This document shows positions 53,973 through 62,472 of a DNA stretch of 64,000 nucleotides, in pieces. Each line of letters opens with the position of its first letter. Position 1 is the first letter of the stretch. The notes under the pieces were generated by a model. It had not been told where the DNA came from. It ran no database searches and saw only the letters and a list, made by a program, of their open reading frames with translations. Where the stretch lies: sequence record OX016465. One strand, given 5' to 3'. Made by a program: the position numbers and the translations under genes. This DNA is from Escherichia phage vB_Eco_Tribble.

Positions 53973-56339
53973 ATGCGCATGGTAAACGACCACGCAGAAG
54001 TGATTAAGAGTTCAACTTCTTTGGAGACATCTCAAGCACAGATTACAATGACACCTGAAATGTTCAGCCTTCTGAGTTCTGGTGTATACACATTCAAAGA
54101 AAGGGCAGTGATTCGTGAACTGTCATGTAATGCAGTAGATGCTCAGAAAGAAGCTGGAAAAGAGAACATCCCATTCCATGTGCATTTACCTACTCGATTT
54201 GAGCCTTACTTTGAAGTCCGTGACTTTGGAACTGGTTTAACCCATGACAAAGTAATGAGTTTGTACCTGAACTACGGGGCTTCTACGAAGAACGACTCTA
54301 ATGATTACATTGGTGCAATGGGTATCGGCTCAAAGTCACCGTTTGCAATTGCTCAGTCATTCACGGTGTCTAGCTATGTTGATGGTGTTGTTAATAAATA
54401 CTCTGTTTACCTTGAGAATGGCATCCCTCAAGTGACTAAGCTTACTACTAACCCAACAAATGAACCTAATGGCTTAGCTGTACGTGTGGCAGTTGCTGAC
54501 CACCGTATTTCAAAGTTCTTTGAAGAGGCTGGTCACGTATACTCATACTTTGCTGTAAAGCCAGAAAGTAATATTGTATATGATGACGTGTTAGCAGATA
54601 TGAACGTCATTGCTCGTGAAGAAGGTGTTTATGACGCTATGATTCATAAGCAAAGCTGGCGTTCTAGTGGTAACAGGACAGAGTTTAATGTGGTGATGGG
54701 TAATATTGCCTATCCAGTCAATATGGAAGCATTACTTGGTGATGATTTCTTCAAAGTCTTGCCAGAGTTTTTCCGTAGGAGCGTAGACCTTGTAAACATC
54801 TACATGCCTATTGGTTCAGTTGCTATTGCAGCTTCTCGTGAAGCATTGCAGATGAATGACACGACAAAAAATGTTATCATTGAGGCTACCAAAAAGATAA
54901 CTGAAGCAATTACAAAGGATGTTATCAAGAAAGTTAATAGCCAACCTACACTCATGGATGCTGCACAGGCTTACGCAGAGTTACGTTTGAACTCACGAGA
55001 AATGTTTAATGCTGTGTGTCCAAAGCTAGAGTGGGGAGGTGTTAAGCTTGATTCTCTGGAAGAAGAATTGCTAAACATTCGTCGTGGAATTATCTACGCA
55101 GAAGACGGCTCAGTCATTTATGAACGTGACGGTAAAGGTAATATTAAGGTTGATAGGAACGGGGACAATATCCCTAAAGTGGACTACCTATACAATCCAG
55201 TTGCTTATGTCAAGTTCAACTCTTTAGAGAGTAAGATTCGTGCAACAGCACTTTCCTACACTCAAGAGGCAAGTATGTTCAATATCTTTGGTGCAATGCG
55301 TAAAAGCCAAATTGAACAGTTTTTGTTCGTGATTAATGACCGTCGCAATAAAAACGGTACTGAGAAGACTGTAGGACGCAATCAGATTCTGCGTGGTGCA
55401 TGTCGAGACTATGCCAGCGAGTCAAGTCTGTTTCACAGATACAATGGTATTGTCTTTGTATTCCCTAATGAGAAAGAGCTAGATGATTTAATCAATCTGC
55501 ACAAACTTGATAAAAGCTTGTTAAAGATTGTGAAAATGTCTGATAAGGAACATCATTATCAGCGTAAAGAAGCTGTAAGAGGTGTTGTAAAACTTTGGAA
55601 AGCTGTTCCAGCAGAAGGTGTAGCTTCCTATAAAGAGGTTTCAGAGGACTTTGATACAATTGAAGAACCTCAGCTTTATATTAAGGCAGTCGGTGACACA
55701 GTTGATGGTGAATGTTTTTGCTCATCTCCAGAAGATGTAGCTAAGTCAGTTGCCAATGTCATTGGAAAGACAGTCTATGTTTTCCGAAAAGCAAATTGGA
55801 AAAAGATACCAGAAGACTGGATTGAAGTAGATGAGAAGCTCTTGAACGACAGCTTAACTGATGTTCACTGGATTAATCATAACAGGTATATGACACGTAT
55901 CTATATGAATGGTGTCCTCGACCTTACAAGCAGTTGGATTATTGCCAGAAACTTTACATTCAATAACAGGAAGATTTCTCGTGGCTATTGCTATTCACGA
56001 GACACAAACAAAACTATCTTCTTAGAAGGTAATGAAGATGCTGTTGAGGCAATGTTTGGTAAAATCCAATACGTTGCTGCACCGTTTGCATACACTTACA
56101 CTATTAGTAGATTGCAAACTTTGAAAGAATGCCTTGACAATGATACAAAGCTGTACAAGAAAATTAAGAAAGCTGGTGACCGCATGGTCATTAAGGTGAC
56201 AAACTACCTTTCAAAAAGAAAACAAGAAAACTTCTTGCTTTCTCATTTAGATTGGAATAAAGTGTCCCCCATCGAAGTGAGTAAGTTCTTAGGCTTTGAT
56301 GTAAAATGTGTTCCAGAAGGTACAACAGTTTACGATTAA
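53973..56339 (+). CDS. rIIA: rIIA-like protein (N-terminal GHKL ATPase domain)
   Basis: Bergerat-fold motifs: ELSCNAVDA, DFGTGLT, GAMGIGSKS; 788 aa; followed by an rIIB-like gene. Confidence 0.6.
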   Translation: MRMVNDHAEVIKSSTSLETSQAQITMTPEMFSLLSSGVYTFKERAVIRELSCNAVDAQKEAGKENIPFHVHLPTRFEPYFEVRDFGTGLTHDKVMSLYLNYGASTKNDSNDYIGAMGIGSKSPFAIAQSFTVSSYVDGVVNKYSVYLENGIPQVTKLTTNPTNEPNGLAVRVAVADHRISKFFEEAGHVYSYFAVKPESNIVYDDVLADMNVIAREEGVYDAMIHKQSWRSSGNRTEFNVVMGNIAYPVNMEALLGDDFFKVLPEFFRRSVDLVNIYMPIGSVAIAASREALQMNDTTKNVIIEATKKITEAITKDVIKKVNSQPTLMDAAQAYAELRLNSREMFNAVCPKLEWGGVKLDSLEEELLNIRRGIIYAEDGSVIYERDGKGNIKVDRNGDNIPKVDYLYNPVAYVKFNSLESKIRATALSYTQEASMFNIFGAMRKSQIEQFLFVINDRRNKNGTEKTVGRNQILRGACRDYASESSLFHRYNGIVFVFPNEKELDDLINLHKLDKSLLKIVKMSDKEHHYQRKEAVRGVVKLWKAVPAEGVASYKEVSEDFDTIEEPQLYIKAVGDTVDGECFCSSPEDVAKSVANVIGKTVYVFRKANWKKIPEDWIEVDEKLLNDSLTDVHWINHNRYMTRIYMNGVLDLTSSWIIARNFTFNNRKISRGYCYSRDTNKTIFLEGNEDAVEAMFGKIQYVAAPFAYTYTISRLQTLKECLDNDTKLYKKIKKAGDRMVIKVTNYLSKRKQENFLLSHLDWNKVSPIEVSKFLGFDVKCVPEGTTVYD

Positions 56340-56344
56340 AGTGT

Positions 56345-56374
56345 TTGACAAGGGGCTTTGAAGCCCCTTAGAAT
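56345..56374 (+). promoter_or_regulatory. Candidate promoter TTGACA-N18-TAGAAT with a GC hairpin in the spacer, upstream of the rIIB-like gene
   Basis: TTGACA 56345-56350; spacer AGGGGCTTTGAAGCCCC is a perfect hairpin; TAGAAT 56369-56374. May alternatively be a terminator for rIIA. Confidence 0.35.
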
Positions 56375-56418
56375 AACCTCACAAAATGATTTATTAACTA
56401 ACAAGAGAGAGTAATAAG

Positions 56419-57528
56419 ATGACTACTAAAACTAAAGCACAGATTGACGCAGAAATTTACAAACTGGTTAAAGAAGGTAAGCTGACTAAAACAGCTATTG
56501 CACAGAAATTTAATACTTCAACCCGTTCAGTTGGTCGTGCTGTAGAGCGTCATGAAGCAACCTTAAAAGGTAATAAGAAGGCGACTTCTACACCAGCTAC
56601 GAAGACTTTGAAACAAGTTGCTAAGACTTTTAAAAAGAAATCTGGCAAACAAGTTGAAAAGGTCGTTAAAGAGTCTGTACAGAAAGCTCCAGTAAATAAA
56701 CTGCATGAAGCTATGCAGAAAGATGACAAGATAGAGTACATGATTACTGGTGACTCTGTAATTATGACTTACGGTTCAGAATCTGAAATTGTTGAGTCTA
56801 CTCATCCGAACTATCAAGAGATTGTAGTTCATGTTGTGAAAGGTGAGTTTAAGAAAGCCTTTGAACTGATGAACATTCGTAAGTCTATCGAGAACTTCAC
56901 TCAGGGTGCTATCACAATCAAAGGTGACAAGCTGTTCTACGGTGCTGTTGAGATGCGTTCTACTCTGGTTGACCGTATTCTTCACATGATGAAGACTGGG
57001 GATAAAGGCTTTGAACGCCTTGTGATGTTCTTCGAAAAACTGATGGAAAACCCATCTAAAGACTCTGTAGAACAACTTTGGGGCTTCGTATCTCACCTTG
57101 ATGTTGAAATTGATGAAGAAGGCTACATCATTGGTTGGAAGAAAGTCTCTACTCGTGAAGGCAAGCTGGTTGATTCTCACACCTACAGAGTGCCTAATGA
57201 TTTGGGCAACGTTGTAGAAATGCCACGTTGGATGGTTGATAATAACCGTAACGTGACTTGCTCTCAAGGTCTTCACGTTGGTGCTTGGGATTATGTTCGT
57301 TGTTTCTCAGGTGATACAATTCTGAAGGTTCGTGTCCATCCACGAGATGTTGTATCTGTTCCAACTGATTACAACGATATGAAGATGCGCTCATCTCGTT
57401 ATGAAGTTGCAGCAATCGTTGATAATCAACGTAAAGTGTTGAAAGCATGGGATGGCAAGACTGAAGCTTTACATGTCATCGTTGGTACTGCTGGTGAACT
57501 CATCTCTCAGCGTAAACGTGAAATCTAA
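56419..57528 (+). CDS. rIIB: rIIB-like protein
   Basis: C-terminal region (…CSQGLHVGAWDYVRCFSGDTILKVRVHPRDVVSVPTDYNDMKMRSSRYEV…) resembles the T4 rIIB C-terminus as recalled. Confidence 0.65.
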   Translation: MTTKTKAQIDAEIYKLVKEGKLTKTAIAQKFNTSTRSVGRAVERHEATLKGNKKATSTPATKTLKQVAKTFKKKSGKQVEKVVKESVQKAPVNKLHEAMQKDDKIEYMITGDSVIMTYGSESEIVESTHPNYQEIVVHVVKGEFKKAFELMNIRKSIENFTQGAITIKGDKLFYGAVEMRSTLVDRILHMMKTGDKGFERLVMFFEKLMENPSKDSVEQLWGFVSHLDVEIDEEGYIIGWKKVSTREGKLVDSHTYRVPNDLGNVVEMPRWMVDNNRNVTCSQGLHVGAWDYVRCFSGDTILKVRVHPRDVVSVPTDYNDMKMRSSRYEVAAIVDNQRKVLKAWDGKTEALHVIVGTAGELISQRKREI

Positions 57529-57544
57529 TAAGTAATTTCTTAAA

Positions 57545-57570
57545 AGGCTGCTTCGGCGGCCTTTTTTATT
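57545..57570 (+). terminator. Intrinsic terminator after the rIIB-like gene
   Basis: GGCTGC-TTCG-GCGGCC hairpin (one G-U pair) followed by TTTTTTATTT. Confidence 0.55.
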
Positions 57571-57597
57571 TGTATTTTGTGCAGAGTGCTGTATAAT
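57569..57597 (+). promoter_or_regulatory. Candidate promoter with perfect TATAAT upstream of the transglycosylase gene
   Basis: TATAAT at 57592-57597 with weak -35 TTTGTA 17 nt upstream; contains TTGTGCAGAG, related to the iteron core at 61.7-61.9 kb. Confidence 0.35.
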
Positions 57598-57628
57598 TGT
57601 TGTCACGATAAACTAAACAGGAGAACCA

Positions 57629-58177
57629 ATGAAGAAATTGATTCTAGGTTTGTGCTTAATGTTTACAGCACACTTATCTTATGCAGTTGACTGCCCAGAG
57701 CTATCAATTAGCCAAAAAGTAAACATGTTAAAAGCTTACCAGTATGGTGAGAACAACATGGGTAAAGGTTGGGGTATCACTCTAGCTGCTATAGCCTTAC
57801 AAGAGTCAGAGTTAGGTCTGAAGGTAGAGAATAAAAAGACACATGATTATGGTATTTTCCAGAATCACTTGAAGACTGTTGTAAAGCGTAACAAAATTAG
57901 TCCTAATGTGGCTAAAAAGAAACTCTTAAAAGACTTTAACTATGCTGCGAAGGAAACGCACAAAGAACTTGAGTTTTGGACAAAGGTGCATGGTCAGCCA
58001 AAGTCAAAGAAGACTTTACAAAAAGTTTTAGCATCATATAATGCTGGGTATTCGTACAGAATCCCTAAAGCTAAGAAATATTCTCAAGATGTCTATAACA
58101 ACATGAAAGTTATTGCTCAATGTGAATTTGCAACAAACATTTCTAAGGTAAACCATGAAAAAATTAAAAAAGTCTGA
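57629..58177 (+). CDS. Secreted lytic transglycosylase-like protein (SLT domain; candidate endolysin)
   Basis: Signal peptide MKKLILGLCLMFTAHLSYA; SLT-type motifs AIALQESELG (Glu-Ser), GIFQ, SYNAGYS. Confidence 0.5.
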   Translation: MKKLILGLCLMFTAHLSYAVDCPELSISQKVNMLKAYQYGENNMGKGWGITLAAIALQESELGLKVENKKTHDYGIFQNHLKTVVKRNKISPNVAKKKLLKDFNYAAKETHKELEFWTKVHGQPKSKKTLQKVLASYNAGYSYRIPKAKKYSQDVYNNMKVIAQCEFATNISKVNHEKIKKV

Positions 58178-58730
58178 TGAAGTACTGTGTCATGCTTACG
58201 ACTTACATCCTCATGAGTTAGGTCTTGATTCCTGTGTATGTACTCCAGAACAGTGTAGGGATTTTGAAGACACCGCAAGAGAAGTCGTATGTTCACTCGA
58301 AGAGTTCCACACATCAGAGCCAATTGTGAATGTTGTAGATAAAGAGACTGGACAAACTATAGGTGTAAGTCGTGATAGCTTAGTCATAGTCAATAAAGAC
58401 CTTGTAGAAAAAGGTAACCTTATCTTAGCAGACATTGATGGTGTTCTTACAAATTTTAATCACGAAGATTGCTCAACGGAATTGATTGATGGGTCATTTT
58501 CACAGTACACTAATTTGCTTGACTCTGTAAGAGCAAAACCAACGTATGTTTTCAACATCATTGACGCAATTGCTAATCATGCCGCCATTGGACTCTTGAC
58601 AGCGAGAGGTGAATCTCAGAGAATACCTACTGAGATGTTTTTAAGGCATTACATAGAGCATGATTACATGCTTTTTATGCGTGGTTTTGGGACTAACTCT
58701 ATAAGTGCAGAAAGTTTGAAAGTGAGATGA
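58155..58730 (+). CDS. Hypothetical protein with possible HAD-like DxDG motif
   Basis: LILADIDGVLTNF resembles HAD motif I; start uncertain. Confidence 0.25.
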   Translation: MKKLKKSDEVLCHAYDLHPHELGLDSCVCTPEQCRDFEDTAREVVCSLEEFHTSEPIVNVVDKETGQTIGVSRDSLVIVNKDLVEKGNLILADIDGVLTNFNHEDCSTELIDGSFSQYTNLLDSVRAKPTYVFNIIDAIANHAAIGLLTARGESQRIPTEMFLRHYIEHDYMLFMRGFGTNSISAESLKVR

Positions 58731-58859
58731 TTCAGTCTTGCATTCTGCCTTACTTTGATATAGTATGTTTTATAGAAGATACAGAGAAGAATGTGCAGAA
58801 GGTGAACAGAATCCTTCCACACATTAAAACTATGTTAGTAAAACATTGAGAGAAAACTT

Positions 58860-59324
58860 ATGAACAATATCATTACGGTAGCACTGGACGTTACAGCAAA
58901 CAAATCTGAAGTAGTTCGTAACATTATCAAAAGCAACTTTGAGGGTAAAATCTTCCGTGCTGTCAATGTAAAAGCAGACGGTAACATCCGAGAGTATCGT
59001 GCTCTTCTGAATGTTAAGAAACACGTCAAAGGTGCTGGTTCAACGACTGCACACAAAGAAAACCTGATGACTATCTATGATATGGGTATGGCTTCAGAGT
59101 TAGGTGCTGAAGGTATCGTTAAAGAAGGTGCTCCGTATCGCTCTTTCAATCTGGAAACTGCTCTTATGCTTTCCTTCACAAGTGGTTCTAAAACAACTAC
59201 TTACCTCTTTACTGATGCTGCAACGGTATCTGCTATCAAGGATAGCACTGTCAAAGCTGGGGTAGCTGCTGCTGCAAAAGCTTCTTCGATGGCTGCAAAT
59301 GTCCTTGCTAAAGTCCTCGGTTAA
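58860..59324 (+). CDS. Hypothetical protein
   Basis: 154 aa; Ala-rich C-terminus; followed by a terminator. Confidence 0.3.
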   Translation: MNNIITVALDVTANKSEVVRNIIKSNFEGKIFRAVNVKADGNIREYRALLNVKKHVKGAGSTTAHKENLMTIYDMGMASELGAEGIVKEGAPYRSFNLETALMLSFTSGSKTTTYLFTDAATVSAIKDSTVKAGVAAAAKASSMAANVLAKVLG

Positions 59325-59335
59325 GGTTAAGATAC

Positions 59336-59358
59336 AGGCTCCTTCGGGAGCCTTTTTC
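59336..59358 (+). terminator. Intrinsic terminator
   Basis: AGGCTCC-TTCG-GGAGCCT followed by TTTTCATTT. Confidence 0.6.
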
Positions 59359-59376
59359 ATTTCAGGAGATTGTTAA

Positions 59377-59724
59377 ATGACATTTAAAGAGTTCTGTCAA
59401 GCTACTTTCATAATTGTTTTCTTAGTTGGGGCAGGTGTCTGGGGAGGATACTCTTACAGAGACTATCAAGTTGCTGAAACTGAGCTAAACAATCAAAAGC
59501 TCATAAGTGTTGCTAAAGATGCTTATCAGGAAGGATTAGTAACATTGAGCACCAATTACAAAAATGATTTGAAGGATGTGCTTGCTAAGAATAAGCATAC
59601 AAAAGAGGTACTAACATATGAAAAAACTAAGCCAGAGTTTTATAATGTTTGTGTTACTGATAACTATGTCAGGGTGTTCAACGAACAAAGTGAGCAGTAC
59701 ATTCAAAAACTCCCAAGTAAGTGA
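59377..59724 (+). CDS. Putative i-spanin (Rz-like)
   Basis: N-terminal TM helix (FIIVFLVGAGVWGGY) followed by a coiled-coil-like periplasmic domain; overlapping lipoprotein ORF in another frame. Confidence 0.45.
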   Translation: MTFKEFCQATFIIVFLVGAGVWGGYSYRDYQVAETELNNQKLISVAKDAYQEGLVTLSTNYKNDLKDVLAKNKHTKEVLTYEKTKPEFYNVCVTDNYVRVFNEQSEQYIQKLPSK

Positions 59725-59887
59725 GAGTGATAAGTACACTCAAGAAGAATCACGGTATATCATCAAAGGCAACACAGGCAGTGATGTAGCAGCAGCCCTT
59801 GAGTTCTATCGTGACGGCTTTTACCAGTGCACAATCAAAGCTAACAACCTTATTGACATGATTTTATTAGGGAATAAGCAGCAATGA
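59618..59887 (+). CDS. Putative o-spanin (Rz1-like outer-membrane lipoprotein)
   Basis: Lipoprotein signal MKKLSQSFIMFVLLITMSGC with lipobox Cys; starts inside the Rz-like gene in a different frame. Confidence 0.45.
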   Translation: MKKLSQSFIMFVLLITMSGCSTNKVSSTFKNSQVSESDKYTQEESRYIIKGNTGSDVAAALEFYRDGFYQCTIKANNLIDMILLGNKQQ

Positions 59888-60153
59888 CAGAGAATGAAGA
59901 TACTTTCTATGTAGAAGGTTACTTACTGTTACCACGACCAAAAGAAACTTATATGCGAATTGACTTCATACCAACCATTATGGATAATGTGATGTGTCAT
60001 ATCTTTATGCAAGGTGTCACAGCACAGCTTAAGCATGTCGGTAAAGACTGCAAAATAAAGGTTGACACTCATCCAGAAATCAAAGAGAATCACTACACAT
60101 GGTTCTTACCAGACTCTAAAGAAATCTTAGCAGTTCTCAAAACGAGGAAGTAA
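59884..60153 (+). CDS. Hypothetical protein
   Basis: 89 aa ORF translationally coupled to the upstream gene. Confidence 0.3.
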   Translation: MTENEDTFYVEGYLLLPRPKETYMRIDFIPTIMDNVMCHIFMQGVTAQLKHVGKDCKIKVDTHPEIKENHYTWFLPDSKEILAVLKTRK

Positions 60154-60155
60154 CT

Positions 60156-60482
60156 ATGCAGATTAATGGAAGAGACTTTGTAGCCGTTTACTACGAGAAA
60201 GGTAAAGAGGTTGGTGTAGCACAAGTAACTTATGGCAATGGTAAGTGGCTGTATGGAACAATCGCAGTAGTAGGAACAAGAAGTGATACAAAAACTTTTA
60301 AAGATTGTGTTGACCTTCTTGAAGAATCCATCCAGAATCATTGGTGTCTGATATGGATGACTGATAACGAAGTGATAGAACGTTTCAAAAAGATTAATAT
60401 CAACATTGACAGTATTGAGCATGTTGATTTATATGAGCTAACTGAGAAGGTAAACTATGAAAGTAATACTAGCCAGAGATAA
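60156..60482 (+). CDS. Hypothetical protein
   Basis: 108 aa ORF. Confidence 0.3.
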   Translation: MQINGRDFVAVYYEKGKEVGVAQVTYGNGKWLYGTIAVVGTRSDTKTFKDCVDLLEESIQNHWCLIWMTDNEVIERFKKININIDSIEHVDLYELTEKVNYESNTSQR

Positions 60483-60684
60483 AAAGACACGAAAACTTAT
60501 CAGGTCAGCAGTGTTCATTGGACGAAATGAGGTCATCCCATTTACAGCAAATGATGTGATAGCTTACAGGAAAAACTTAGTATTCACTGACTGCTTACGT
60601 GGCTTCATCTCTGAACCATTGGAAGACTTTAAAAGTCGTTGTGGTAAAGGTATTATCATTCAAGAGGCAATTATTCATGGCTGA
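60457..60684 (+). CDS. Hypothetical protein
   Basis: 75 aa ORF. Confidence 0.25.
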   Translation: MKVILARDKKTRKLIRSAVFIGRNEVIPFTANDVIAYRKNLVFTDCLRGFISEPLEDFKSRCGKGIIIQEAIIHG

Positions 60685-60877
60685 CTTCTGCAAAGATTGT
60701 TCTATCGAAATGTTCGGACGTGATACAGGTGACTTAAAAGGTCTCATCACTGAAGATGACTTTAAGGCTGGCTATGCAATGCCAGTAATCTGTGAAGGTT
60801 GTGGGTGCATCTGGGTAGACCACGAAGGACAGCGTGTAAAACCTTCAGAAGATAAAGAATCTTGGGAGAGATGTTAA
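60677..60877 (+). CDS. Small Cys-rich protein
   Basis: Start at ATG 60677; CKDC…CEGCGC cysteine cluster. Confidence 0.3.
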   Translation: MADFCKDCSIEMFGRDTGDLKGLITEDDFKAGYAMPVICEGCGCIWVDHEGQRVKPSEDKESWERC

Positions 60878-61663
60878 ATGGGTATTGTAAAAATCATCAA
60901 AGGTGATATCTTTGAAGCATTTGATAAAGGTAAATTTGATATCATTGGTCATGGTTGCAACTGTATGAATTTCATGGGTGCAGGTATTGCAGCAACTATT
61001 TCTAAGCGTTATCCAAAAGTGTATGATACTGACACAGAAGTTTACCTGTTTGCAGGTGGCATTCGTCACAAACCCTGTGAAAATTTACTAGGTAATTTAT
61101 CTGTAGCACGTTTAAAACAAGGTCGTATAGCTAACCTTTACACCCAACTTCATACTGGTAAAGATGCACGATACAGTGCTTTAGAGTCATCTTTGAAACA
61201 GCTTAACAGATACTGTGAAGTCAATCAGTTGAAGAAAGTTGGTTTTCCTATGATTGGTGCAGGTATTGGTGGACTTGACCCTCAAGCTGTCACAGTTATC
61301 ATCAATCAGGTGATGAAGAGTGTGGATGTTTATCTGTATGTCTATGAAGGAGAGATGTACCACAAGTTACGCTCAGGTTGGAAGAACTACTGTGAACCAG
61401 AATACTTTGCAGGTGTAGTTGTGTTCACGGATAATGCAGTTACCCTCTTCAGACGAAGAAAAGGTAAGATACATCAAAGTAACCCTCCGGTTGAAAAGAT
61501 GTCTCTAAGTAACGCTCTAGTTACCCACCTGTCGAAGAGCAATCATAGAATTGCCGTGACATTTGGTAGTGATGCAGACACCTACATCTATGCAAGAACT
61601 GATGAGGATATCGAGACAGTTTTCTCTTCGCCAGAAGTTACCTTCTTAGACGCAAAGAACTAA
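60878..61663 (+). CDS. Macrodomain protein (TARG1/DarG-like ADP-ribosyl hydrolase fold) with C-terminal extension
   Basis: GDIFEAFDKGKFDIIGHGCNCMNFMGAGIAATISKRYP resembles the TARG1-type motif …AHCISEDCRMGAGIA… as recalled; second Gly-rich loop FPMIGAGIGGLDP. Confidence 0.55.
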   Translation: MGIVKIIKGDIFEAFDKGKFDIIGHGCNCMNFMGAGIAATISKRYPKVYDTDTEVYLFAGGIRHKPCENLLGNLSVARLKQGRIANLYTQLHTGKDARYSALESSLKQLNRYCEVNQLKKVGFPMIGAGIGGLDPQAVTVIINQVMKSVDVYLYVYEGEMYHKLRSGWKNYCEPEYFAGVVVFTDNAVTLFRRRKGKIHQSNPPVEKMSLSNALVTHLSKSNHRIAVTFGSDADTYIYARTDEDIETVFSSPEVTFLDAKN

Positions 61664-61710
61664 GAAACTTCGTAGGATATTCACAATAGACTAAGCCTTT
61701 CTTATCTGGT

Positions 61711-61915
61711 AAATTTTTCAGGTAAGGAGGGCTTTTTCATTTCAGAATTGTGCAGGTATATTTCTATAGAGAAATCTGTAGAGTGAATTTTGAACTCCAA
61801 AGAGAAAATTCATTTTCAAACTGTGCAGGTAATCTCCAAAGAGCTTTTTCATTTTCAAAACGTGCAGAGAAAAATCAGGTCGGGCAAGAAAAATCATTTG
61901 AGAATTGTGCAGGTA
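61711..61915. repeat. Array of 4-5 direct repeats (iteron-like), core TTTTCATTTTCA(A/G)AANTGTGCAGGTA
   Basis: Copies at 61733-61758, 61805-61832, 61845-61870, 61889-61915 and a partial at 61711-61727, in a 510-bp noncoding region. Confidence 0.6.
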
Positions 61916-62092
61916 GGTGGGTGTAGGTGGGGCTGTCGCCATTTCTCACAAGGCTACCACATCTGAAAATAAAAGTCAAAAGAAAAATTTGTAGCGGATT
62001 GAAAAATAATTCTTGATTGTAGTTCTGTTTTGTGGTAATCGCGCGCACCCGTTTCATTACATTTTTGCCAAAAATATTTTTAAAAATTTTCA

Positions 62093-62121
62093 TTGACTCC
62101 TTGAACGGGTTTTTATAGTAT
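62093..62121 (+). promoter_or_regulatory. Candidate sigma70-type promoter TTGACT-N17-TAGTAT upstream of the small-gene cassette
   Basis: TTGACT 62093-62098, 17-nt spacer, TAGTAT 62116-62121; about 55 nt upstream of ATG 62175. Confidence 0.45.
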
Positions 62122-62174
62122 TTGCATCAGACGGGGCGACAAGCCCGACAGCCTTAAACTAGGAGAACTTAAAA

Positions 62175-62381
62175 ATGCTATACGGTCGTGAATTGATGGT
62201 TACAACTAACGTTAACACAAAGGTAAAACGTTTTTACATGCAAATCTGTGGCGTATGGTCTAGAATATCAGAAGCTGACTATTGCAACTATGTAGAAACA
62301 GCAATCAACTCTGATTGCTACCTTACAAGAAATACAAGAAAGCACATAAGACAGACAGCAGTTTATTACTACGATATCTAA
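62175..62381 (+). CDS. Hypothetical small protein (cassette gene 1)
   Basis: 68 aa; GGAGAACTTAAAA leader before ATG. Confidence 0.4.
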   Translation: MLYGRELMVTTNVNTKVKRFYMQICGVWSRISEADYCNYVETAINSDCYLTRNTRKHIRQTAVYYYDI

Positions 62382-62472
62382 TAAAGTACTTTACAGGGGG
62401 CTTAAAAGTTGATATCTTAAGCCCCAGATAAAGAGCTTTACCACATTAACCCTTAAACTAGGAGATTCAGAA
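62379..62472 (+). repeat. Conserved intergenic repeat A (stop codon - TTTACA - GC hairpin - AGATAAAGAGCTTTACC - RBS)
   Basis: TAATAAAGTACTTTACAGGGGGCTTAAAAGTTGATATCTTAAGCCCCAGATAAAGAGCTTTACCAC…GGAGA; 9-bp stem GGGGCTTAA/TTAAGCCCC. Confidence 0.6.
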
